A stretch of 64,000 nt of DNA from Eledone cirrhosa (taxonomy: Eukaryota): positions 37,758,001 to 37,822,000 of the forward strand of contig OZ024743.1 of assembly GCA_964016885.1 (NCBI GenBank). The letters are read 5' to 3'. The notes beneath the pieces are model-generated. The model was not told the DNA's origin, searched no databases, and was given only the letters and a program-made list of their open reading frames with translations. This document shows positions 41,231-53,522 of the stretch, piece by piece. Position 1 is the stretch's first letter; the number at the start of each line of letters is the position of its first letter. Made by a program: the position numbers and the translations under genes.

Positions 41231-43140
41231 AGTTAAAACTGATAATCACCTTAACTCACCTTAACATAAAAACGTTTATACCAGGCCGAGGTTTTTCCTG
41301 AGTGCTATACGATAAGTACCGATCATACTGAGCGACATTTATGTCAGAAGCATCTAAATATTCAACTCAGTCAACATGAACTTTTCTGGGGATCTTAAAT
41401 ATATATGTAACTAAGATTGTGTCAATTGCCTTAACGTGAACTTAAACACATCTAGATAAAAAAGCTACTCATGAACTCGAGCAAATACAACCCTTAAACC
41501 TAAGTACGATCCCACTCCTATGACCCGTTTTGCACAAGTAAAAGTATAAATATCAAATATGGTTTACAAAACCTATTCCAATCCTCCCTATTAAACCAAC
41601 ACGAACTTCTCAGAATTAGAGCCGTTTTAATATGTAATTGGCCATGCAACCGCACATAATCAGTATAACAACCAAAAATATTCTCCAACCATACTGTCCA
41701 AAATAAACCTAATGTGAGATACATCCACCGAAATATACCACAGGTTCAATAATTTGAACAAAAACCAAACAAACGTAAACCTTGGAATCACTAGTTAATC
41801 TAATCTAAAAACTATTCGCTTGACGAGCTGAAAACATTGCTATTAACCATTAACCTAATCCAAACAGAACCCCGCTTAGCCAACCGATAATCCGAATCAA
41901 ACTAATGGATCATAGCTACAGGCCCTGCAAAGTAATGACTTATTTAATCCGAGTATAAATTCACTTAATATGAAACCATCGTCAACCTTAACAAACCATT
42001 GTAAAAGATCTCATGTTAATTATAAACATGATTTAACACTAAAAACAGATTAAAGTAAACCTAAATTAGGGGAAACAATACAGTGCTAGAAATCTCGAAG
42101 GACAAACCTATTACAATCCAAAAACCTAATTATAAACATTAAGTGAGAAGTACAATATAAAAATACAAAGCCCAAATAAAACTTATATTAAATATTAAAT
42201 AACTAGTTCAGGTAGGATAGGACTCCAGCATATAAAATATTCGAAACCGCTACCTGATAACTACAGGTATCAACAGACGCCAAGGTCGCTAATCGAGCCT
42301 GCTTCCATCACCGACAGCAAGTAGCCTAATTTCTCCAAATATTAACCGGCAAGCTTGCATACTTACCATGATTTCAAATTCTCCCCTCAACACAACACAA
42401 GCCATAAAATACATGGCTAATATCACGAATAGGCACCTCCAACACATATATATATTTGATATATTTCAAATATCCTATTTGTTACAAATATTAAGTTTCT
42501 TTAAAATACCTAAGTAAAAATCATTGATATTCCTTACACAATCACCGTATTCATCGGGCTGAGAATTTACTCAAGGAGAGTTAATTGAGGACGAAAATGC
42601 TGACACCTGCAACATTCGTGATATACATAATATGCAATCAATAGAGATATTTGATTAAAACGCAAACTGTCTTTAAACATATCAAATATTTTTAGTGAAC
42701 TTTCATGGCATTCACATTTTGAAATAATTGGCAATGCTGAATTTAGTTCATTGTCACCTGCGTATAATGCTGACGTTTCAAGTTTCATTTCATATTTGCT
42801 TTTCATTCCAATGATATTGACAAATTCTATGGCATTCTTAATAAGACAAATTAATGGAATGTAGAAATATTTCAGCTGTTGTTAAAAGATAATGACATTT
42901 GTAATAATAATTATGCGTGTTTTGTTACTGTTAATGTTTATGTGAATTCAGTCAAGAAAGAGATTATGAGAGTGGTGAAGAAATATTGTTGATAGTGAAA
43001 TCGAAGTAGAGGAATGAGTATAACTTAACTAACTAAAAAAAAAGTAAAGACAATTGGAACAACGGTGAAATGGAGAGAGTGCAAAGAAAATGTATCTGAG
43101 AAATAATTTATATAATATTTCTTTCGTTATCTATTTACTC

Positions 43141-43202
<62 letters not shown>

Positions 43203-43233
43203 AACACCCACACACTCACCCATTATATATATA

Positions 43234-43326
<93 letters not shown>

Positions 43327-43565
43327 ATATAATTAGAAACACACAGATACATGCGGACACACACATATATACATGAATGCATCCGCACCCAACTGTGAGT
43401 TAAGGGTGCCAACTTCACCGATGTTGCTCAATGAATGACTGGGACAGACCAATTCAGTTGAACTAGACTGAACCAGTATCAGAGTTAAAAATACATTATG
43501 AAGAGAGAAGAAACATTTAGATATAATTAGTAATAAAATGTATCATACCTAAACTGCTCCTAAAT

Positions 43566-43655
43566 TCCTCGACTACGTAGTTTCGTGGCATAAACAAAAA
43601 CAATATATCATAAAGATATAGAGTCCCTGCGAGGTCTGCCGACTTATCAAGAGGA
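43566..43655 (-). ncRNA. Type I hammerhead, U3-A8 core variant (also 44161-44250 and 44756-44845 on minus)
   Basis: TCCTC-TTGATAA-GTCGGCA...TGCCAC-GAAA-CTACGTAG-TC-GAGGA. Confidence 0.8.
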
Positions 43656-45071
43656 TGCCTCGTTTTACTAGTCTCAAGAACGCGTCTACACGACGTGAGA
43701 AAGAATCCCAAAAGGCGGAGGGGGAGATAGTCACGCGATATAACGGTCGAGAAACAGAGCTAAGCCTCTTATAACCCCGAAGAAAATACCACGGAGGCGG
43801 AGGGGGTATTTATATCGAGGCCGTAGAAGAGGTGGTGAAGAAGGCGAGAAGTATGAGTAATGGAAGCCTTCCAGCTGTCCCCACACTTCAAAGATTGCTC
43901 GACCAGAGGGAGTTATTAACAATATAATTAGAAACACACAGATACATGCGGACACACACATATATACATGAATGCATCCGCACCCAACTGTGAGTTAAGG
44001 GTGCCAACTTCACCGATGTTGCTCAATGAATGACTGGGACAGACCAATTCAGTTGAACTAGACTGAACCAGTATCAGAGTTAAAAATACATTATGATGAG
44101 AGAAGAAACATTTAGATATAATTAGTAATAAAATGTATCATACCTAAACTGTTCCTAAATTCCTCGACTACGTAGTTTCGTGGCATAAACAAAAACAATA
44201 TATCATAAAGATATAGAGTCCCTGCGAGGTCTGCCGACTTATCAAGAGGATGCCTCGTTTTACTAGTCTCAAGAACGCGTCTACACGACGTGAGAAAGAA
44301 TCCCAAAAGGCGGAGGGGGAGATAGTCACGCGATATAACGGTCGAGAAACAGAGCTAAGCCTCTTATAACCCCGAAGAAAATACCACGGAGGCGGAGGGG
44401 GTATTTATATCGAGGCCGTAGAAGAGGTGGTGAAGAAGGCGAGAAGTATGAGTAATGGAAGCCTTCCAGCTGTCCCCACACTTCAAAGATTGCTCGACCA
44501 GAGGGAGTTATTAACAATATAATTAGAAACACACAGATACATGCGGACACACACATATATACATGAATGCATCCGCACCCAACTGTGAGTTAAGGGTGCC
44601 AACTTCACCGATGTTGCTCAATGAATGACTGGGACAGACCAATTCAGTTGAACTAGACTGAACCAGTATCAGAGTTAAAAATACATTATGAAGAGAGAAG
44701 AAACATTTAGATATAATTAGTAATAAAATGTATCATACCTAAACTGTTCCTAAATTCCTCGACTACGTAGTTTCGTGGCATAAACAAAAACAATATATCA
44801 TAAAGATATAGAGTCCCTGCGAGGTCTGCCGACTTATCAAGAGGATGCCTCGTTTTACTAGTCTCAAGAACGCGTCTACACGACGTGAGAAAGAATCCCA
44901 AAAGGCGGAGGGGGAGATAGTCACGCGATATAACGGTCGAGAAACAGAGCTAAGCCTCTTATAACCCCGAAGAAAATACCACGGAGGCGGAGGGGGTATT
45001 TATATCGAGGCCGGATTGGGATTCTTTCTCACGTCGTGTAGACGCGTTCTTGAGACTAGTAAAACGAGGCA

Positions 45072-45161
45072 TCCTCTTGATAAGTCGGCAGACCTCGCAG
45101 GGACTCTATATCTTTATGATATATTGTTTTTGTTTATGCCACGAAACTACGTAGTCGAGGA
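45072..45161 (+). ncRNA. U3-A8 hammerhead in the inverted partial unit
   Basis: Readable directly on the + strand; predicted cleavage after C45156. Confidence 0.8.
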
Positions 45162-45812
45162 ATTTAGGAGCAGTTTAGGTATGATACATTTTATTACTAA
45201 TTATATCTAAATGTTTCTTCTCTCTTCATAATGTATATATAATATATATATATGGAGATATTTTAGTCCTGTTCTCTATTATAAATCTGTTAAACTGGTT
45301 TAAACTGCTTTGAACATAATACTTCACAGCTTAAAAAAGAAATATTTTTATTCATGACGTTAGCAAGTTTCTTGGATTTATACATCCTTTTATTTGCTAA
45401 AAGGTAACAAATGATATCTATATTCTAAGAAAAGAATATTAGATTTTCTTTCATTATCTCAGCACAAATAACATTTAATTCTAAAGAAACTTTCTAAACT
45501 ACAGTTATTCTTTTTTCTATAAAACAATTTGAAATATATTGTGTAGTCTTTTTCAAACAATTATCGAAAATAGTTATAGATATTTTACCATTGTATATAA
45601 ACTGTAATTTTTCAAATGCAGTAATTCTTCAAGTATTACCACATTCTGTCATATACAGTATATTGTTGACTATACATGTTGATATGTTTACTGCTTATGT
45701 ATTACAAATACAAAAACCAATATATATATATATAGTAATAATAATAATAATAATAATAAATTAGAAGGGTGAAAGCAGCGATTCTTTGCTTAAACTTTAA
45801 TCTGTTATTTTA

Positions 45813-45853
<41 letters not shown>

Positions 45854-45889
45854 TGTAATAAACAACATAATTATTTAACAAGATAATTA

Positions 45890-45950
45890 TTTCATTTACC
45901 AGTGGTTTCTTGAAAGCAAGCAAAATTTGCTTTCAGTCATCAGAATGAAA
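45890..45950 (-). ncRNA. Type I hammerhead ribozyme motif
   Basis: TTTCATT-CTGATGA-C-TGAAAGCAA...TTGCTTTCA-A-GAAA-CCACTGG-TA-AATGAAA; 7-bp stem I and 9-bp stem II. Confidence 0.88.
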
Positions 45951-46257
45951 AAATGGTGGATTTTAATATGTAAATGAAATAATTATCTTATATTGTTCAT
46001 TACATAATTAATAGGCTATGTAACCTACATAGAGCACTCTTTTTTCCTGGACCTTTCCGACGGAATTACTTCATTCACACACATATATATATATAGTATC
46101 TGAAACGGAATTTAAATCACGTTGTAAATAGGAAATTAGATTGTGGCTGTTTCATTGCTGCCACTGCGAGAACGCACATCGTGATAACTGACGGATGTCT
46201 GTTCCTTTCCATATATAATATTGTATGATATATATATACACACACATATAGATATAT

Positions 46258-47208
46258 ATATATTTCGTTTCTGAATTTGTTTAACAAGATTGTTTATATG
46301 AAAATGTGTGTTAAAACCGATATTGTTATACTTTGGGAGGGACATGTTGCCAATAAGAAACACACGCACCAGTTGCTTTCACTTCAATTTATTATAAATT
46401 AAATTTATAAACTTAGGAATTTATAAATTTCCGGTTGGTTGGTTGGTTCCAATGTAGTATATAGCATAAATGTAGTATATAGCATAAGATGTATTGAAGG
46501 ACAATGTAGAGATAAGAATATAGTGTACATAGGTGAGACAGCTCGTAGTATAGGGGAACGGATAAATGAACACTGGCGAGACCTTCAAGATAGTAAAGAA
46601 TCATCTGTACTCTACCAACATGCTAAAATAGAACATGAGGGTAAATTAGAGAACATAGAAATAAAAATACAATCTACACACAGAAAAGACGCAATGTTTA
46701 GACAAATCACAGAGGCAATAAACATAAATGAACTCCAACCAAAATTAAATAGAGAAATAGAGAAAACATGAAAAAAAGAAAACATGAATGGAACAGCAAC
46801 ATCACAACTTACAATTAAGGACAAAATGAAAACACACACGCACATAGAACAAACAACCAACCAGTAACATGTAAATAAACAAATAAATAAACAAATATAA
46901 ATACACACAGACACCCGGATGTAACACATGCGCAAACTAAGCACACAACACACACAAAAACAAGATGGCGAAGGACAGAACAATGGAGAGGCACAAAAAC
47001 AAAGAAAATAATTCCCGGTCACTGAAGAGGTCACATAATGTGTGACGAAAGAACTTTGACAATATATGAACAATCATCTGGTTGTGGAACCAACCAACCA
47101 ACCGGAAATTTATAAATTCCTAAATTTATAAATTTAATTCATAATAAATTCAAGTGAAAGCAAGTGGTGTGTGTGTTTCTTATTGGCAACATGACCCTCC
47201 CAATGTAT

Positions 47209-47215
<7 letters not shown>
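46258..47215 (+). mobile_element. 5'-truncated PLE: inverted pLTR (46258-46450), GIY-YIG (46451-46771), 3' UTR, hammerhead (47018-47060) and pLTR; possibly Naiad-like
   Basis: NVVYSIRCIEGQC..YIGETARSIGERINEH..SVLYQH..EH..RQITEAININELQPKLNR; classic inverted-pLTR/truncated-body layout between (TA)n tracts. Clade call is tentative. Confidence 0.9.
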
Positions 47216-47248
<33 letters not shown>

Positions 47249-47305
47249 GTTGTATATATATATAACATATATATTTATATGTTATATATATAGATATTAT
47301 ATTTA

Positions 47306-47334
<29 letters not shown>

Positions 47335-47336
<2 letters not shown>

Positions 47337-50300
47337 GTTCTTCTGGTTTTATAATTTCATAAAGTTTTATAGAGAGAGAGTCGGTTTCTAACATCAACTA
47401 AGTAGATATGTATGTATGCATGCATGTGTAGATATGGATGTTATTGTATGTGTGGATGTGTATGTTTTGAGTTGTATGTGTGCATGTGTATATGCTTTGT
47501 ACATGTGTATATGCAGTTATTAGATGCAAAATGTTTGGAATCTTTTACATATTTTTACTGTTCCATTAATGGATTGTACTTGTAATTTCATAACTAGTTG
47601 TGTTCTTTCTGTTCCTGTGAACCCTAGCTTCTCAAAATTTGTATTGAGGCAGTTACTAACATAACCCAGTGCCCCAATAATCACAGGCATAAATCTGAAG
47701 GTGATATCAGGGTGGAGTATCTGCAGATTTCTCATCAGTTCTGCATAAATATTCTCCTTTTCACTAATCTTTGATATTATATTGGCATCTGCTGCGCAGC
47801 TAATTTCCACTACTGTGCATGCTTTCTTCTCCCTGTCCCCTATCATAATATCTGGTCTGTTATGCCTGCATTTTATTGGGTTTCTTACTGGCGACATTCC
47901 ACCGTACTCTTTCATATCATGTACATGGATGTCTTCCACATTGCTGTAGCTTTTAGTGTGTTTATTATCGGGGCTATCTTTTTTATGAACTCCATTGTAC
48001 AGTGTTTTGGCCACTACATCATGCCTCATAGGTAGATAGTAGCGCGATGACATCTTTGGATAGCTGCTGATGACATGGGTGATATCCTGGATGTTAGTTC
48101 TGCAGAGTCGGCACTTGTTATCATATCTAGGTGTTTTGCCTGCATCCCTATCTCTTTTGTGAATCAGGTATTTCGTGTTAATCTCCTGTTCTTGGATTGC
48201 AAAAGCCTATCCTTCAAAGTGTGAGCCAATATAGCGGTTGTTGGTCCAAGATAGACTACTTTCCTTATCTATATTACTCTCACACTGGAGCTTCCTGGCA
48301 ACATACCCATGCATGATTTTTTGCTGATAAGCATGCAATTCTTCATCCATGGATTCACTGCGATACTGCTGAGCAACTTCCTTGGGTGTGAGTTTTAATT
48401 ATCACACGGGGAATATCTCTCGAGGAGTTCCTTCCCAACTCTCATGATCTTATCTGTTTCATGCAGATAGACTTGCTCGAGAAACGGGCTCCTACGCTTC
48501 GAGGTTCGTAGATGTTGTCGGAGTGATATGATGCGACATTCAAATGTCTAGACTGATATTAGGCTTCTGTCTCCCTGCTTACGTTTCAAGTGGAGGCGGT
48601 CTATGTCACTATTGATGTGGAAGTGTCCGGTGTTGTTTAGTATTTTTCGAGTTCCAACATCAACTGCTGGCAGTTCGTCTATCGTCCAATTGAGTATTCC
48701 AAATGTTGGTGTTAGGACAGGCACAGCAAACACACTGTGAGCCACTGTTTTGTTTTGCGCAGAGAGTTACGATGACCAGACCTTTCTTAATCGGGTGTAG
48801 TATTCAATGGTTACGCGTTCTTTATTACATATACCATTATAGGATATGTTCTCATCTATCCCCAGGTATCTGTAGCAGTCCTCATCAGATATCGGTGAAA
48901 TAGTTAGGCCATTGTTGACAATGTTGCTAGATTGGGTTGTTGTTTTTCCCCGCTTTACAGTCATGTATGAGCATTTATCTTGGCCAAACTCCATTCCTAT
49001 ATGCTTTGAGAATGTTGTAACCAGGTCAAGATTTTTCTTCATCCCATCCATGTTCTTGGCATAGAGTTTCCGATCATCCACAAAGAAATCATGTGTTAGG
49101 TTCGTATTTCTGTCCTCCTGTGAGCCAATGATGTATCCCTCACATTTCGTGAGCAGAAAGGAGAAGGGGTTTAATGGCAAGATGAATAATATCACAGAGA
49201 CACTGTCCTCCTGAAATATACCCCTGCAATATTTTATTTTATCAGTGAAAATAGAGTCCTCTCTCTTCAACCTTAGGATAGTTGCCCAAGAAGAAGACAG
49301 CCTCTCTATGACTCTGACAATAATGTCTGGGACTTTAGCAAGTTGGAGGGCTTCTATCATCCAAGAGTGGGGAACAAAATCGAAAGCTTTCCTGTAGTCC
49401 ATCCAGCCAGACTGTAATCATATTCCTCCTAAGTTGTCGCACCTCCGACATCGCAGTTTTGTTGATTAGGAGTTGCTCAGCACATCCCCAAACCCCTTTC
49501 TTTCCAGCTGCTTGTTCATCTGTGATGATGCTATTAATTTCACAGTGATCTTGGAGGAATAGGTTCAGGCAGGCTGTATATATCTTATACATCAGGTTCT
49601 GGCAGGCAATGATTCGGTACTTTTTTGCCAAGTGGGTGTCTTTGTTCTTGGGGACCAGTAATTTTTGTGCTAATGTCAACCATTCTGGTATAAGTGTAAG
49701 AACTTGTTGGTAGAGGTCAGTAAGATACCTCCGATAGAATATCAGTTTTTTGTACCAGTAGCCGACAATCATGTCTCTTCCTGGCGTTTTCTTATCTTGG
49801 AGTTTTCCTATCACAGTTTCAAGGGTACCTTCAATTATTTCGTATGTTTTTGTTGTAGGAGCAATAGTTCTTTCGCATTTCTCTTAGCGACACTGCATCT
49901 TGGTTGAAATTCTTCTTTTCACCCCATATGTTGCTCCAAAAGGAATCTATGTCTTTCAGTGACACTTATTGTTTTGCCCTTCATATCTCTATAGACTGAT
50001 GTTTGATTTCGTCTGAATCTTTTATTAAGCACCTTTCTCTCATCTACCTTCTTCAGGTATCGGCATGTTTGGCTAACAGCTCTCAATTCTGGTTTGAGGG
50101 TGATCAGCTTATATTGGAGAATTCTGGTTCTACTCTTACCAAACATCGTCTCTATTTTATTTTTCACTCTTTGTTGGTGAGAAGTGAGGTTTTGTGGGGT
50201 TTGTTTGCATGTAAGGAGCATTGTCACACATCCTATATTTTTTCGTAGGTCAGCAATCTTTTTCTCTATTTTAGTTATATATGATGGTATTCTTGGTGGT

Positions 50301-51390
50301 GTTCTGTTCTTGTTAATATCTCTGCTATCAACAAGATAATGCTTCACTGTCGTTGCTAAGGCATATAAACAGGCGTTGATTTGCGAAAGTGTTGGGGTTT
50401 TTATCCGTCGTAAATATTCATCCCCTATTTCGTCAATAACACGTAATATTTCATTTTTTTTTATTTTTTTTTTTTTTATTAAACATTGTCGTTTTAATAC
50501 GTTCAGCAAGAGAGATATTTATAGATGAATTAATTTCTCTCTGGAAGATTTCGTTGAGGGAACATTTCAATTGTTTATACTTTTGATTATTATCATTATC
50601 GATAGTATTTTCCACAACAGTCGAGGTAGACTCGGATGGTACATGTGGTGTCAAATTTCTTCGATTATTATTATTATCGATAGCGTTTTTCCCCAGCATT
50701 CGATGCAGACTTAGATGGTACAGGTGGTGTCAAGTCTCTTACAGGCATAATTGTTTCCAGGCGCTGTTCGACCTGGCTGCTAGGAAGTCTAGTAGCATGG
50801 CGACCTGTAGCACGTGTTGTTGATGACATGTTTGTTGTGGGGAACTTATAATTAATAATATTTATCTTATTTTTACGTTCAACAAACGTCGCTTCTTGGC
50901 GTAATTGTTTCGCTGTGAAATAATTTAGCTCTGGGTGAATTTCGTCCCAGTGTAGTTTCATTCTATTCATATAGCCAATGGAGGGATTGTTTTTTGCCAT
51001 TTTATAACAATTAAATAAATCATTATTAAGTTTGCAACTCCAAGAGAAATTGCGTTTTATAATTTCGGTTTCTTCTGTAGCTACAACTGAATAAAGTTTG
51101 TTTACCTTTCTTGTTATTTGTCTTTGGTACTTCCTTAATGTTGTTGTTGAAGCTGTGTTCAGCCATGCTGTTTGTAGCAAATCCTTGTAAAATAAATAAT
51201 GTATTTAGTCGGATATCTCTAGGAATTCGAATAAAAGGTGTCTTCAGAAGATATAGTTAGAAGAATAACCAGTTATTCAACATGACTGTTGCTGTGGCAT
51301 TACTGTCGGAGATAGTATTCATCTTAATTTAATAAATAGTATTCATCTTAAATTAATAAATAGTCTCCCACGCCAAAATATGCGATTGAT
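47335..51390 (-). mobile_element. Near-full-length R4/Dong-type non-LTR retrotransposon (RT plus restriction-like endonuclease), multiply frameshifted
   Basis: N-terminal WSCKLNNDLFNCY..GYMNRMKLHW; RT PGRDMIVGYWYK, YRIIACQNLMYK, DYRKAFDFVPHSW, GIFQEDS, FFVDD, YRYLG; C-terminal CRLC, RHDVVAK, HNRPDI, VVEIS, EKENIY, IIGALG. Ends are approximate. Confidence 0.9.
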
Positions 51391-51904
51391 CGCGTTGACT
51401 GTATATGTATGTATGTATGTATGTATGTAGTAATTTAAATTCAACTTTTGTTACATTTTGTTAGATAGTTTCATTTATTGTTTTGGTATCTTTATGTTTT
51501 GTGTTTCTAATGATATATATATAAACAGGATTAGCTCTAATCTGTGTAGGGTATTATTCTAATTTGTAAATTAATTGGATATTGAAAGTTAGAATTTATC
51601 GATACATATTTAATTAGATATACTTCTCATTCTAATTTACTTATGTTCAAACTAAATATTCTAAATATTCGTAGCAATACAGGATCATTATATAGGTCTC
51701 CTGTAAGATTTATCTCATGAGTGTGTGTCCATGAAACACATATATACACAAGGTCTGAAAACAAAACATCCAAACTGCCACAGTCATTGTCTCCATTTCT
51801 CCCGCTTTCACCATCTCTCACTATTATGGTCAAATGGTTAACTTCGGTGATCGGACAAGAAACTGGTTTTCAGGGTGATATGGCCGTAAGCTATCATGGT
51901 CAAA

Positions 51905-52032
51905 TGGGTAGTCAACTCTGTGCCGATAGTGGTGAGCAGGGAGGTGTCTCGAGGGCCAAGGACGCCAGAAATCTCCACATCTACGATCTCGACCGCAAAC
52001 CTATCGTAGAGCGACCGATATTTGGAGAGTTA
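51905..52032 (-). mobile_element. Short diverged CRE-element 3' fragment
   Basis: Reverse complement AAATATCGGTCGCTCTACGATAGGTTTGCGGTCG..GTGGAGATTTCTGGCGTCCTTGGCCC matches 30685-30800. Confidence 0.8.
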
Positions 52033-52384
52033 TAACATTATATTTTAAAATGGTAGAATCATTAATTCTTCAGAGTAAATATTTTGGTATTTTGTTTCGG
52101 CTATCTCCGCTCTGAGGAAAATTTTGTCTTTTATTCTTTCGGGGACGATTACATCTAATACCAATCTAGGATTAATGGATTGCCATAATTGTTGAAATGT
52201 TGGGTAGACAGCTGCCTGATTGTGATTTATCCGTTCTAAGTTCAAATTCCGCCTCATTCTGTCAAAAGTACCGAAATTAGGTAATAATTGGAAACAACAA
52301 TGAACACGGGGTTTCATTAGTTCGATCTAACAGTTACCCCCGTTCTCCTGTCCTTTATAAATTTAGCCCTATGTATAATACAAT

Positions 52385-52540
52385 TATTGACAGGATCATT
52401 AGAACGTCGGCCATAATGCTTTCCTTTTGTATTCGGTCCAGCTCTCTGCTCTCTGAGTTCAAATCCCACCCAGGTCAAATTTGCCTGTCATCCTTACGAG
52501 GTTGATGAAAAAGTAACCATTCTAATACTGGGATCGATTT
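52385..52540 (+). mobile_element. Diverged SINE copy (further relics near 5190-5320, 54330-54455 and 58870-58970)
   Basis: GAGTTCAAATCCCACCCAGGTCAAATTTGCCTGTCATCCTTACGAGGTTGAT. Confidence 0.7.
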
Positions 52541-53399
52541 TTAGTTATATATCTATTTCTTAATTTCTCTCTCTCTCACACTTTCTGTCTTTCTCTGGAA
52601 GAAATGTGCTGTACTCATGTCTGGAGAGGGATGGGCTCCACCAGGCTTAACATGCCCAAGACACGCCATATGTCAATATGGCGCCCGTTGACTCTATCAG
52701 GAGTTACGGGGCCATACAGTAGCATACCATAATAGAATTAATTTGTAAATTACATTTTAATATATGATGTATTTATTTTGTCTGCGACAATCGAAAATGT
52801 TATTAAACCAATTTAAGAATATACATAATTAATTCAACTTTATTTTATGTGGACATGTAAAACCAGCTGTTCATTCAACTTGATGACTTGCGGGGTTATG
52901 ATAACTAAAGTGGTTGTGTTCATAATGGAAAATTAGCTGCAGTGTATATCTCTAGAACTTCAGAATCATATCACGTTTTGTATACGTATTGACGGTGGAC
53001 ATGTTGAATATTAACAATCTCAAGAATAAATTATTTAAAGATGTATAAATGAAATGAAAACTGTAATTCTTTCATTTATCCTTTACCCTGTTTAATTCGT
53101 TCAATTTAAAATTGCTAAAGGGTTATGAATGGATTCATTATTTCAGGCAAATGGAGGTTGTCCCCACCTGCTAAACATAGGAACCATCTATTCCGAAACC
53201 TACCCTAGAGATTAAAAAAAAATAAAAGGCGGATGTATCTAAGGAAATAGTACGAAAAATACAAAATAGACGAGAATTTCAGATCCGGAAGCCTTTGACC
53301 ATTATTCTTCCTTGATAAGAGCTTATTTGCAGCAAAGTATCAGCAACCTTATCATACAAATACAGATCATCAAAAATAGAATAACGGTGAAAATGATCG

Positions 53400-53522
53400 T
53401 AATCATCATATGTATGATAAACAATCTCTTCATGCACCTCCTCCTCCTCCTCATGATCCTCCTCCTCATCATCATCCCCATCATCATCATCATCATCATC
53501 ATCATTATCTTTCATCATCCTC
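53400..53522. repeat. (ATC)n/(CTC)n trinucleotide repeat
   Basis: Direct inspection; explains the poly-D/E, poly-H and poly-M ORFs. Confidence 0.9.

Larger units (their letters stand above)
43326..45236 (-). mobile_element. Non-coding 595-bp tandem array (2.8 units) plus inverted 220-bp partial unit; retrozyme-like with variant hammerhead
   Basis: Units start at 43326, 43921 and 44516 (third ends at 45013); inverted copy at 45016-45236; (TA)n on both flanks; I saw two SNP positions among the units. Confidence 0.9.

Noticed and set aside
42567-42806. 79-aa Cys-containing ORF
   Set aside because: No recognisable domain or clear splice context; length is compatible with chance.
43326-45013. 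Array considered as CRISPR or simple satellite
   Set aside because: No repeat-spacer pattern; under three units with an inverted end and a ribozyme fits retro-insertion better.
43517-45210. Repeated 64-aa and 76-aa ORFs in the 595-bp array
   Set aside because: Short, no recognisable motif, mostly non-ATG starts, and repeated only because the DNA is repeated.
51721-52035. 104-aa plus-strand ORF
   Set aside because: Its 3' half is the antisense of a CRE fragment; no independent coding evidence.
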